A DNA stretch of 63,015 nt, filler included, from Reclinomonas americana ATCC 50394 (GCA_048213135.1; 10 parts of 10 records of this genome joined end to end with filler, not necessarily neighbours in it); one strand, 5' to 3'. Shown: positions 25,601 through 37,929, counted from the first letter of the whole stretch. Notes: generated by a model from the letters alone, not told the origin. Program-made: numbers and translations.

Positions 25601-26884
25601 AGCTGTCCTCGTGCATCCACTGGTGCAAAATACCGTCGATACTGCGTCACCCCACCCAGTGCCGTCAGTGCGTAATCGCCACGACAGGTGATAATCACCT
25701 TCACATCGCGACACACATCCAACTGATTCTTGACAAACAGATTCACACCACGATACAACTCGTCGTACCCGTCAAGCAGCAGCAGCAGTGGTTCATCCTT
25801 TAACCGTCGCACATCCGACTCGAATCCCAACTCGGGTGACAATCTCTCCAACGCCTCCTCCAACAGCCGCTCGTCGGCATTTCGCAGTGCACCAAGAGGC
25901 ACACGCACAGGCACTCGTCTACTCTCTCGCGTCTGCCACTGTCGCCATGCTCTCTCGGCCAGCACCGACATGGTGGTGGTCTTGCCAGCTCCACTGTTGC
26001 CAAAGAGCACAAGCACACGCTGCGTGGTGTTGGTGTCGGAGAGGAAGGCATCCACCTCCGTCAACAGATCCGTCATCTTGTCTCGCGACGAGACGTCGCG
26101 CTCATGTGAGCACAGCAGTGGCACATACATCAGTATATCCTTGTGAACACTCTCGTCAAGTTCGTAGAAATCGAGCTCGCGTTTAGAGAGTCGACGAATT
26201 CGCTCCCCAAAAGTGCTGATACGCACATCCAGGATGCGCGCCTCACGAAGGCGGGCACAGTACATACGCTGCTCCTCAGCAGTCAAGGCAAGACCACCGA
26301 CGATGGCCAGAAATTCACCGCCTTCGCCAACAGCTTCAGCGACTTCGCTGGACGTCCAGCAGCGTCCGTGCACCAGCTCGTTGCGCAAAGATCGCAGTCG
26401 CGAGATGGAGTTACGTTCCGTCTTGTCACATATGAGCATCGATTTGTCAAGGCCGCCATACAGCAGGATGGAGGTGAGTGCCGTGGCGTCCAGCCCATCA
26501 CAAGATGGGTCTACCGGCGGATTGGCCTCCAACGCGGCGCGCCAGGCCAGAACGCGCGGATGCTTCTCGTCAAACAGCTTGACTCGAATGGGATAGAGTG
26601 GCGCATGACGACAACGCCATGCTTGCACTTGACTTGCATCCATATGAGACGGTGTGAAACTCGGCACCCACGCTCGCACGTCGAAGTCGGGATGCTTGCG
26701 ACTGAATTGCGCTAGCACTCGCCGACAGCGAAGACGCACGGCGTCTTCGACGATTTCGGCGCACACAGTCATGCGCTGGTTATTGACCAACCTATGCAGT
26801 GGGTTCCTGTTAGTGCTCCATATTTGAGGGACAATATCCAATTGCCACACACGCAACCGTTGTTCGTTCAGTGTGAGTTCAATG
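22675..26884 (-). CDS. NLR-like STAND protein, main exon: HEPN - NACHT - pentapeptide repeat - ~14 WD40
   Basis: LDATALTSIL...LRNELVH (RxxxxH at 26368-26385). Walker A GNSGAGKT, Walker B LLLLLDGYDE, VIITCR, NPFML. Pentapeptide run RDLSGVRVRGADLRDA...ADLRGVNL. WD40 units GH...VAVTPDG...SGS.D.TVRVWSL. Splice acceptor at 26885-26886. Confidence 0.92.
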
Positions 26885-27056
26885 CTGGGCGAAAATCATA
26901 GAAACAGAGGTGAGATGATGAAGAAGCAACAGCAAATGATGAGAGAGAAGGTGCACGTGGAGAGAGTAAGAGCAAGCGAGGGAGAGAGAGCACTGGCGAG
27001 GGAGGGAGAGATAGAGAGTAAGATAGACAGACAGCCATACATACAAGCAACCAGAC

Positions 27057-27093
<37 letters not shown>

Positions 27094-27218
27094 ACGCACA
27101 GACAGACGTACACACAGTGCGTAACATCCAAGCAGACAGACAGACCAACCCGCACACACACGCATACACAATATACTCAAATATACGCGCAAACTAAACA
27201 AGGCACGGAATGACACAC

Positions 27219-28828
27219 CTTCCGTCACCGCTGATCACGCGGACAGTCTCATTCGCTAACGCAGAGTGCCTGAAAATGACGGCGCTCGGTGAGTGCAGGT
27301 CAAAGCATGCAACTTAAGGTCGCGGATTGACGCACTCGACAATCATGGGCATCGCACTGCAGAACATACAGTGTAAGTGGGACAGCTAGTCGTACGTGAT
27401 CAAAGAGTCGCGCTGACCTTGGAGCGGCGGCGGATGCCGCAACAGGCGGTACGCGACGATAGCCCGCCACCCTACGCATGTACAGCGCGCGCTCATATAA
27501 GCAAGCGTAAATGCTGACAGTAAACACAATATGCGGACTTACCCTGACATCGTATCGTCGCTGCTTTGTGGCGCCGTCGCCGACGCTGTCTGATCGCAAG
27601 GCGCTGCACTGTACGATGAATAATCAGGAGAACAGAGACGGTTGGTGTGGTGCATCACTGGTTCTTGTAATGCTGCACAACAGTCTGACCCCGAATAGCA
27701 GTAACGCGACACAAGCTCGCAGATAGCAGACGTACACCGGAAGAGCATGGACGACTCTGCTTTTTCACACGCTTCTCTCTCCCGCTCTATTCGCGCACAT
27801 AAAACAAACGAAATACGAACCTTGCACTTGGGGCCTCGCTGCCGTTTGCCACGACCGATGCTGCCGCTGACGGCGGCGCGCGCTTGTTGTCCACCGTACT
27901 GGGATCGCGTGCACCAACATGAGTCAGATTACTCGCTAGTGGACAGTAGAAACCATTCAAGACAGACCTGGAGCCGCGCTTGGACGCCACAAAAGTAACC
28001 TTGGCGTCGCGATCGACGCCGATATCTGGCAACTTTTTGTTGCGGTTGGGTTTGAATTTCAATCGCGGGGGATTCACAATGCCATTAATGTCCCAGCTGG
28101 GGTCGCCAGTGTGGTGGCGCAGAACTTTGGCTGTCTCGTCAGCCAGTTCTTTCAGCGTGCTCGCACGTGTCATGCCGGACACCTCAAGCTGCAGTGTCCC
28201 CATCTCGACAAAACTCGCGAAGACGGAAAACGTGTCCACTGCCGCAGTGGCGGCGACAGCGGCAGCAGCGGCAGCGGGAGGATCAGTGGGTGGGGAAGAA
28301 GGCGATACCGGCAAGTCTCCCGCGGACTCATGCACTGGTATCGCAGCGCCGTTGCTGCCGCTGTTTGACAACGCACAAAGTTTGTTAAGCAAACAGTCGC
28401 AGACTGCCAGCATCAACGGACCGTGACAAGTCATCCCACCTCACAACGTGGACCATCGCAACTTCGCTAGATCCTCTGCGCACACGACATGGTTATGTCA
28501 GTCTGACCGGAAGAGAGGGGCGCACAAACTTAATATATAGATACTGTGCAGCGCAACGAAGGACTCCCGCCAGTGGTCGCATCGGCGGCAGCCAAGCTCA
28601 CCACCAACTGCGTGCTGGCGGTGATGCCGAGTGACTTGAGTCTCGTTTCACGCATGTCGTCCAAGTTGAGCGGCAGGGGCTCCTCCACGCCGACAATATC
28701 CATTGACTTGCTGCCACTCCTCTCGCGAAACAGTCGGGTGGCCTCGCGCAGCAGGTCATCCAGCGTCGAGTCGCGCGTCATGCCCTCCACCTCCACTGTG
28801 ATCGAGGCACGGATGCGGACGGAGAACT
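27219..28828 (-). CDS. Probable 5' exons of the HEPN-NACHT-WD40 gene: two tandem ubiquitin-like (beta-grasp-like) repeats plus a low-complexity linker
   Basis: Two mutually similar ~80-aa units (EVEGMTRDSTLDDL...LKSLGI and EVSGMTRASTLKEL...LPDIGV). A chain of phase-2 GT-AG introns joins these exons in frame to the exon starting at 26884. Confidence 0.55.
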
Positions 28829-29809
28829 GCCAGTGGAAAGGGGGGAAAGGGTGAGAGAGGAACCGGAGAGATACGGGAGATTAGCTCGGCGAAAAACATT
28901 GTGTTGATAGCAGAGCAAATGACATGACGCAGAAGGGAGGAGATCATTCTCGCAGTCAAGTAAAGCAACAAAGTACGTTGCGGTGAATCAGCAAGTGGCG
29001 CAATGCAGAAGAAGGGAGCGCAGTTTCGCAGTAAACAGTGACAGCAAGCATCAACAAAATGATGAGAACGCATGCAGTGGCACAATGGAGCAGAGAGGAG
29101 AGCACTCTCGCAAGCTGTGCGTATGGACACTCGCATTGTGTCAATCACTCACTTTGTCACAATGAACGCAGACCGACTCAAAGCATACACGTGCAAGGCT
29201 TTTTTTTGTGAGGACACGAGTCTGCCTCTTCCATCCCACACACACGCACAAACACACATATATCTCACCGACATATTTTTGTTCCGATGTGTGTTGCGTT
29301 TGTTGTGCTGTGCGTATATGTGTGCGCGCGATGCGTGTGTTTGTTGCTGTGCGTGGAGTGGGCGTGTGACGCGACACTTGCAGGACGGACAAGTTTTGTC
29401 TTTCATTCTTTCCCCCTCTCTCTACCGCTCTGTCTCTCTCGTGCATCTCTCCCTTCCTTGGGAATCTCTCACAATCGCCGATGGTCTGCCGAGTTGCCTG
29501 GGTCGCTTCTGGGTCCATGCACATGCATGACAATGTTTTCTTTTTTATGACCCGCCCTTCACACTCGTTGTGCGATTACCCATGACGCAAACAACGACAG
29601 AAGCTGCAGGAAGCGAGAATACAGACACGGAACGAGAACAAACAAAGCGACAAGAGACTGAGAATAAAAGAAACGAGAACGCCAGGCGTGCTGCGGTGGC
29701 GGCAGGCGGGGGAGAAGGAACAACAGAAAGCAAACGACAACACGGACGACTACTACAGCTACCACTATTTGCAGTTGTCGTGTCACCGCATGTCGCCAAT
29801 GCCACTCAC

Positions 29810-32431
29810 AGTCGACGATGCTCCCTCGGTGCTGTGGTCCAGCCTTGGCAAGTCCAGACGGCCGGGTGGCGATAATGCTGACTCGGCCAGCAGTCGTGAG
29901 CCTGCAGAGTGGTGAGCAAGTTGCAGGGGAGCCGGGTAAGAAGGCACAACAAACCAGGCGAGTGCAAATCTTCGGCGCGGGGGCTCGGATGCTCATGGCC
30001 GAGGCACGAGAGGGCGCGTGCGGCAAACTTGGCGGCCAGAGCGGGGGCATTCGGAACGAGCAGCTCGCGCAGCAGTGCAGGCGCGCCAAGCGCGTGCATG
30101 TCTGCTTGTGTCTCGGGATTGCCGTCCGCTGCAACATTCTCGTTAGTCACACACACACACACATACAATCCTTCTGTACAAGAGGGAGAACACACGTACC
30201 CAGCGCCCACAGTGCGCCTGCCGCCTCGCGCTTAATGTCGGGGGCCGGGTCGGCCAGTAGTTCGACAATGGATCGAATGCCGCCAATCTCCAGTACTGCC
30301 AGTTGGTTGGCGTGGTTCTTCCAGGCTGGAGGGGGGAAGCGCGTGTGAGTTAGGGTGGCACAAAAAGAGAGACACGACATCATGCGCTCACACGCACCCA
30401 AATTCTTCAACGTCCACAGAGCATACAAGCGCAGTTCTGCTGCTCGGTCCTTCAGCAACGACAGCAGAATGGGAATTCCGTTCTTTTGTCGAATCGCCGT
30501 TTGGCTGGCCTCGTTCTTGCACGCTAGATGATCCACAGGAGTGAGCAAGAAAGAGAGAGAGAAAAGCGATGCACGTCGCATCACATCACTCACCCAGAGC
30601 CACCAGTGTGCGCACAGCCGACAACCGCGTCTGGTTTGATGCTGGCGAGTTCCTCCGCAAGATATCGAGTAGCACCGTCACACCACCTGCCTCACGCAGC
30701 GCGTCGCGTCCCCTGTCACAGCATGCTGGCATTGCCAAGAAGAAGAGGAGAGAGGTGAGCTGCACGCAGCATCTGCGGGTGCGCGCACGCTGGGAAGATA
30801 AGGACGCACCGACATTGGCCAGCGCAGCAATGCACACGCGATGCATGTGGTTGTCATCGTGCTCTCGGAGGAACTCGAGCAGGCGTGGTACGGCACCCAG
30901 ACGCGCGATGGACACTTGGGCATCCTCGTTGTTACAGCCTGTGCGTCGCGTTGCGAGTCAGAGGAGAGAAGGAGAACAAATCAGCGTCGGCGTGCGCAAC
31001 TAAGATTGACCAACGCGGCGGCGGCCTCTCTTGCCACATCAGGCACGCCATCACCAAGCGACTCAACCAGCAGCGCTGTGCCTCCTTCCCTATCGATTAG
31101 CGTCTGGTTCCGTGCATGCTGATTGGCTGTAACACAAAATGATGCAGTCAGCAGGCGCTCTCCACGTCTCCGCACCCCACCCCTCGAGACCCACCTAGGT
31201 TCTTCAACGCCCACGCCGCCTCACATCGCACATCCGACACGGGGTCCCGAAGCATGGCGATGAGCGGAGGAATTCCAGCACACGTTCGCACCTCGTCCTG
31301 GTTGGCCTTGTTGTGCCAGGCTGCAGCACCCCACAGCAGTGAGCCAAGAATAATACGGTGTAGATGGAGATGCGGCATGCACGCACCGAGATTAGCCAAC
31401 GCTCCGGCGGCTTCGGAACGGACCTTGGGCGACGAATCGTCGAGGACATCCACCAGCGCCAGAATCCCTCGCGCCTTCCTAATCGCCTCCTTGTTCTCCT
31501 CGTCGCCATTGGCTAACGAACAGGACTTTCGTCAGCAATACACGCGAGGGAAGCAAAGAGAGAGAAAAATAGAAAAGGGGAGCGAACGAACCCAAGTACC
31601 GCAACGCCATCGCAGCATGCCTCCGCACATCGTCACTCGAATCCTCCAATCGCCACACCATCGCCTCGATGCCTCCAGCCTGCACTCCCAGCACGCGCAT
31701 GTGTGTGTGAGAGAGAGAGAGGCGGGGAGAGGAGAGCGCACACGGGTGGTCAACGCACCGAGCGAATGAGAACCTTGTTGGTGGGATTGTTCCACGCAAG
31801 GTCCGCAATCAAACGAGTGGCCGGCTGTCGCGCGACCTTGTCATCGGAGACGAGGCGGACGAGCGTGGGAATGCACCCCTCGCGTCGCATGACCTCCACA
31901 TTGGCATCGTTCTTCCATGCTGCGCTCCCACAAACGCAAGAGCAATGAACAAATGCCGATGTGAAATGCCAGTGAAGATGATGATGATGACACACACGCA
32001 CCGAGCACGCGAAGCGCACGTGAGGATTCATAACGCACATCCTCGGCGGCATCCTCCAGCAGCGCCACAAGAGGTTCCACACCACCCTGCTCTCGAATCA
32101 CATCTTGCATGTCCGCATCACTCGCCGCTGTGTAAGCGCGTGTGAGCGCGTGTGTGCGCGTGAGTGTGTGTGTCTCTTGTGTGCGCTTACCAAGTCGCGC
32201 CAGCATGCGAATGTCGTGCAGTGTCATGCGAGTGGACTCGTCGACACTGCCACTCGCGCCGCTCTCTGCTCTGTTGCTGGTGTTGTTGCTGGGAGCTGCT
32301 GCTGCTGCTGCAGAGGGTGCTCCATTTGCGGTGTTTGAGGAGGAGGAGGAGGCGGGTGGTGGTCGCAGGGGAGAGAATGCAGAGGCACCGGTAGGTGACC
32401 CGGGAGGTCGCAGAGAGCCGACATCGGTCAT
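29810..32431 (-). CDS. Armadillo-repeat protein (~11 ARM repeats), multi-exon; 3' end approximate
   Basis: Repeated GGIxxLVxLL...VRxEAAxALxNLA units (e.g. AGIPPLIAMLRDPVSDVRCEAAWALKNLA); low-complexity N-terminus MTDVGSLRPPGSP. Confidence 0.9.
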
Positions 32432-33001
32432 TGCTCTCTGTGTGACTAATGGATTGATATCGAGTGCCGGCTCTCGAAAATTTCTCACGTGTCGCTTCGA
32501 ATGGTTGCAGCTGTGGGGCATGAGCGTTGCACTGAGAGGAGCGAGCGATGATGCATGATATCTTTGCGATGTCGAGCTCATGTGCATACGACCAGCATGA
32601 ATTCGAATTGGTGCGCAGCACTGACTTGATTGCTCCCTGCCGGTACCCTTGCCCTCCTAGCGACCTGATTACCTGGCGGCAACTCCTGTGCCCTTGGACC
32701 TTGCATCCCTGATCCATGGCTGGCCACCATGCGGCCAGCAGAGCGCACTGGCCGCGACGCGCTCGCGCTCAGTAACCACGACCACGCTCCAACCGTTCGC
32801 GGAACTCCTGACTCCCCAGCCCGCAGGTGCACTCCTCACACACAACCCTCACCTAGCCTGCAGACAACGCTGCGTAGAAAGCGGAGTGTCTCCCGAGGGC
32901 TGCGGGTCTCGAGATCCCTGCTGCTGCTGCTGCTGCTGCTACCATTGCCGTCTCCTACCTTCATTTCACGGCAGCCACACACCCACACACCATTCTCCTC
33001 T

Positions 33002-33077
33002 CTAATCTGAAATAATCAGCTGGTCCAGCGACCAGTCCTCGTACGACCCATCAGGCAGGTACCGCCGAATGATGAAC
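33002..33077 (-). CDS. RPB6: RNA polymerase I/II/III common subunit RPABC2 (Rpb6), C-terminal fragment
   Basis: FIIRRYLPDGSYEDWSLDQLIISD* is the conserved Rpb6 C-terminus; the rest lies in the gap. Confidence 0.9.
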
Positions 33078-33443
33078 NNNNNNNNNNNNNNNNNNNNNNN
33101 NNNNNNNNNNNNNNNNNNNNNTTAATTAATTAANNNNNNNNNNNNNNNNNNNNNNNNNNNNNNNNNNNNNNNNNNNNGAGTGATTGAATGCACACGCATA
33201 CACACGCAATGCATGCATGCATGTGTACCTCCTCATCGCCCTGGTCATCATCGCCTCCCTCGTATCTGCGTTCACACGTTCAGCACACTCACACACGCGC
33301 ATATGCACACACACACGCAACTCAAAACCACCGTCTTCGAAAGACATTGCCGCACTCTCTCTCACACACAATGAATGACAATCAGTCGCGAGCGATCCAC
33401 TCCTCACGCCACACGTCACTTGTCGAGTGCAGACTGGACCACC

Positions 33444-34755
33444 ATGCCACCACTCTCTCCCGCGCACACTCTGCTCGAGCGCATCGTGCACAAGCTCGAG
33501 TCGTCGTCGGAAAGCAATGGCGACACGAGCGACCTCTCCACACAGCCATCGCCCATTCCTCTGCGTCGCTCTGCAGTGGCCATGATTGTGCGTGTGCGAC
33601 CGGCAGTCGAGGATGCGGCGAGCGATGAAGGCGAGCGTCGCCACTCGTTATTGAGCGCGCAAAAGCGTTCTCTCTGATGACTCTCTCTCTTTCTTTGTGC
33701 AGATCGGGAGCAGCTGGGCGATGAGTTGTCGACGTCGGCGTTTCTGTGCAAGGAGTGGGTGCGGCGAGGCACCGTCGAGGTCTTCTTCATTCGCAAGTCC
33801 GATCATGGTGGACAAGTCGGGGCGAGTTATCCGTGGAGCGGGCATGTCGCGTTTCCTGGTGGTGGACAGGAGGTGCTGTTTGTCGTCATCGCTGCTGCTG
33901 TTGCGATGGTGCTGATTGATGCGGCAGGGATCGGAGAGCGACGCGGAGACGGCGATCAGGGAGACGCGGGAGGAGGTCGGTCTGCAGGTGGACGACGATC
34001 GGCGGTATCGTCGCATTGGGCAGGGCGAGCGCATTCGTGTGGCCAAGACGCGCTCCGGTCGCATGCTGGTCGTGCGCTGTGTCGGTGAGTTGATGCGGAA
34101 GTGGGGCAGGGTTTCCGACGGTTTCTCATGCCCTCGTGCCGCACCCAGTGTTCCTGCAAGTGTGCAAGGTGACGCCGCCGCTGACGTTGCATCCATTCGA
34201 GGTCGCCGCGTGTCGCTGGGTGCCTCTGGACTGGATCTTGGCGTACGAGCCGCACTCCACGGTGCTTGTCCGTTCGCTGTCGTCGTTCCTCGGCAAGCGG
34301 CGCTGGTTGCTGCCGTCGGTCGTCGAACGGGCGCTGTCGGTGGATCGCATGCGCTTCCCTACTGTGGAGATTCCGTGCCCCGAGGCGCCCGATGCACACG
34401 ACGACTCGCGCATGTTTCAGCTGCGCGGACTCACACTCGGCGTGATGTCCAAGTTGCGGACTTGCTCTTGCGCATGTAATATGTCTATTCCTCTCCTTGC
34501 ATGCGTACTCATTGCCACTGCAGGCTGGTACAATCGTTCGGGCTGCCACCACTCGTCCACCGCACCTTCCACGTCGACAATCGGCTCGTGTCGCTGCTGG
34601 CCGAGCGTTTCGTGCTGCAGCCCGAGTTCGTGCAGGGCCAGCAGACGACCTTTGTCGAGACCCTCACCTGCCGTCGCTCGCTTCTCTTGTACGCCGTCGT
34701 GGTGCTCACCATTGCGGTGTGGGTGTGGAGCGTGCTGTTCATGCTTGGCGGCTGA
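33444..34755 (+). CDS. Nudix hydrolase, CoA-pyrophosphatase (NUDT7/PCD1-like) class, with C-terminal TM helix
   Basis: RRSAVAMIVR, PWSGHVAFPGG...ESDAETAIRETREEVGL (UPF0035 motif plus Nudix box), EVAACRWVPL, LRGLTL; hydrophobic tail LLLYAVVVLTIAVWVWSVLFML. Confidence 0.85.
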
Positions 34756-34813
34756 ATGGAACAAAATGTATATAAGACACGAATACGCGTTGTACACTGC
34801 TGCTGCCGCCAAA

Positions 34814-37489
34814 TTACAATAATGTCAAGTGCTGCTGCGCCTTCAGTGCCAGCCGGCATACTCGCTGCACGGGGTCCACACGCGTGGTGTTGCGCGGATT
34901 CTCCGGCCGCAAGAAGAACACACTCGTGCCGTGCACCTGTGCGCGCACAAGCATGTCAGCACACCCCACGTCGCGCACCGTTCTCTCCCCTTCTTTCCTC
35001 ATCACTCAACTCTCCGAGCGAGCGCCGAGAAGCCGGGTCCGGCCAGGCACACCTCGGTGATCTCCTCATCGTCGTCCTCCTCCAGGAACATGTCGTCGGA
35101 GGCCACCGACTCGCCCGACGACGCAGCGGCTGCGGCGGCCGATTTCTTTGCATAACTCGCCTGCGTCATGGGCTTCTCAAACGTGCCGCCCTCCGCCTCC
35201 AACTGACGACGTCTCACACAAGTCAGCAAAATAACGACGGCCAAAACTGCACAAAAAACATAAGTGCCGCACTTTTTGCTGCTTCTCCAAGCGGTGCTGC
35301 TGACGCTCCTCCCAGCGCTTTCTGCGATCGACTCGCGCATGTCCCGACCGCAGTGTGTTGTACATCGACTGCGTCAGCTGCTCAAAGAGAGGCGTGCGCA
35401 CGCGACCGGACTGATGCAGCGAGTCGACAACAAGATGCTCCAATTCGCCCAAAGTGGCGTCGCGCTCCACCATGCGGCACGCCACAATCAACCGCTGCTC
35501 CAGCTGCGAGAGTGCCTCCTGATTGTCGAGACGCTGTGCACAAGACAGTGTGAGACAAAGGAACGAACAAAGCTCTCTTCCCCTCCCTGCAGCACTCACC
35601 ATGCGATGGACGTGTCGCCTCGAGTACATGGCCGGCAGCTCCATTACCACTGCCAGCGTTGTGCGGCCGACCGTGTGCACCATCAGACCCACATACTGGC
35701 CCTGTGCTTCGTCCGGCAGCAACGACTGCAACCACCAATGACACGACCAGTAAGTCATCAGCAAAGCAATACATGCCAACGCATCGACGCAACTCGAATC
35801 GCATCCGACGTGTGCAGTCGCCGACCCCGCGGATCGTGCTCCGTCTCGCGAGCGGACACATTGGCACGGATTCTGCGATTCTCACCCCCATATGAGCGCG
35901 CGCAATTGTTACGAAACACAACGTGTATGCCAAGAGCGTCGGCCCGCAACTGCTCAATTTCGTCGTAGCGCAGGAACACGGGTTGGAACTCCAGTCGCTC
36001 GTCGCCCATGGCGAACGAGTGACGCGCCAGCGTGGTGCGCGCTGTCGGTTGCGGTGGCGCCAGCGGCTCATTGGGCGCCGGCTCCGCTGACGAGTCGCGG
36101 GACGACGACGACGACCCTGGTTGTGACGCGCTGGCAATCTGCACGCAAGATGGAGTGAGTGCATGTGGAGGGGAGAGACAGTGCTTTGGCACCCACCTCC
36201 TCCAATCGCAACAAAATGAGACGCGTCTGCAGCGTCGGCAGTTGCGTCGTGACCACTCTGCGCGTTAATAATCAAAGGGTGAGTTACGGAGATGAACAGT
36301 AGATACCGCGATGAGTGTGTGTACACGCAACTGGCCGTCGAAAAACAGAGCGCAACCGAGATTCTCGGCACTGCGCGTGATGGTGTCCATGACTTGCACG
36401 GCTTGAATGAATACTCGCGAGCATTGCTGTGAGGGGCAGGTGAGTTGGGCACGAATAGGGGGCGTGGGAGTGGGGCGGGAGACTCAACAGCCGGTAGTCG
36501 AATGGTGGGCAGGTGAGAGATAATGGACGATGGCCGCCGGCGAAGGAACTGCGACAACTGGGAGCATTCGCGGCAGATGCGCACCACTTCCTCGCCGAAT
36601 GTGCCACGTGGTCGCATTCTCCCCGGCAGCGTGTCGAGCGGACCACCATAGAACTCCATGGCCAGCTGCAGCATGGTCGTCAACTCTTCCACCACCTCGT
36701 CGCCGAGCGAAGCGTCCCAGCCAACACACTGCAACACGAAATTCAGTTCCGCCGCAAATAGAACTCGGACCATTGTTGTAGCAAACCATGCACAGATCTC
36801 GTACTCGCCGCAGCACGAGTTTCGTGCCCAACAACGCAATGATCTCCGGCACCGGCGTCTCGTCCTCCTCGCTGAAATTCTCGGCAAAGTGGCCGAACGC
36901 GTCGAGACTGCCCGCCAAGAAGATCTGTCGAATTCGAGCAATATGAGTGATCTCTCCCTCTTTCCCCCTCAGTCCATGATGGATGAGCTGACCTGCTTCT
37001 CGGTGGGCATGGAGGCTGGCTCCAGGTATAGAATGCGAGCATCGGGGTCGGCCAGATCTCCATCGTCGTCGCGCTCCAAGTGGTCCAAATCACAGTCGTA
37101 CACCATCAGCACTCGGCGCAGCTGTGGATCCGGGTACGGTGCACGCCTCGGCGCGCCCCTCACTGTCGTGGGAACCAACAAACCCGCGTCAGCACAACGA
37201 CACCGACTGCCTCCTCATGCCCGTCTCACCTATCGGCGCTCCTTCCGTTGCCGCCCCCGACGGATTCCGCAGCTGCGGCTGGTGGTAATAGTAGAACTGC
37301 TGCTCCGACGACTCGTAGCCACGCTGCGCCAACTCATCGCCAGCCGCCGCCGCTGCCGCCGCCGAACCCGCCGCCAACTCGGCAAACGTATCACGACTGA
37401 ACTCCACCGACTGCCGTCCGCCCGGACCACCACCACCACCACCACCACCCACACCACTACCGCCTCCATACGACGACGACAAGATCGAA
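34814..37489 (-). CDS. HPS4: HPS4/CCZ1-family tri-longin protein (most like BLOC-3 subunit HPS4), 5' end at gap
   Basis: Longin-1-like VLMVYD...ILYLEP...QIFLAGSLDAFGHFAENFS. Longin-2-like VFIQAVQVM...GCALFFDGQVVTTQLP. C-terminus ...QHLTLL* resembles the HPS4 end. Confidence 0.65.
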
Positions 37490-37929
37490 NNNNNNNNNNN
37501 NNNNNNNNNNNNNNNNNNNNNNNNNNNNNNNNNTTAATTAATTAANNNNNNNNNNNNNNNNNNNNNNNNNNNNNNNNNNNNNNNNNNNNTCTCTGTCTCC
37601 CTGCCCCGCATCTCTCTTTCTGTCATTGTGTAGTATGCCGGGCGTCTACGGAAACGACAGCCGGAGCGATGGAATGACTCCGCAGTCGCAGTGCCGCTGA
37701 CAAGCACAATCTCCGGTGAGTGAGTTGACTGTGCTCTTTTCCACGCGCGCGTGTGTGTGTGTGTGTTTGTGTCTCTGTGCGTGTGTGTACTCCTTTGCTG
37801 TTGTTGCTGTTGTTGGTGTTTTAACTCCCTCTCTTTGTGTCTTTCTCATTCTGTGTGTTGGGGGGCAATACAGCATTGGCGACCAGTGGTGGGGAACCGC
37901 GACGCAAACGACCGCGCAAGGCACAGATA

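Noticed and set aside
32580..32920. GC-rich intergenic stretch with hairpins (gcggccag 32731-32738 / ctggccgc 32748-32755), considered as SRP, RNase P/MRP or telomerase RNA
   Set aside because: No SRP helix-8 GNRA motif, no RNase P/MRP conserved boxes and no exact telomere template seen; short stems are expected at this GC content. An Rfam/Infernal scan would settle it.
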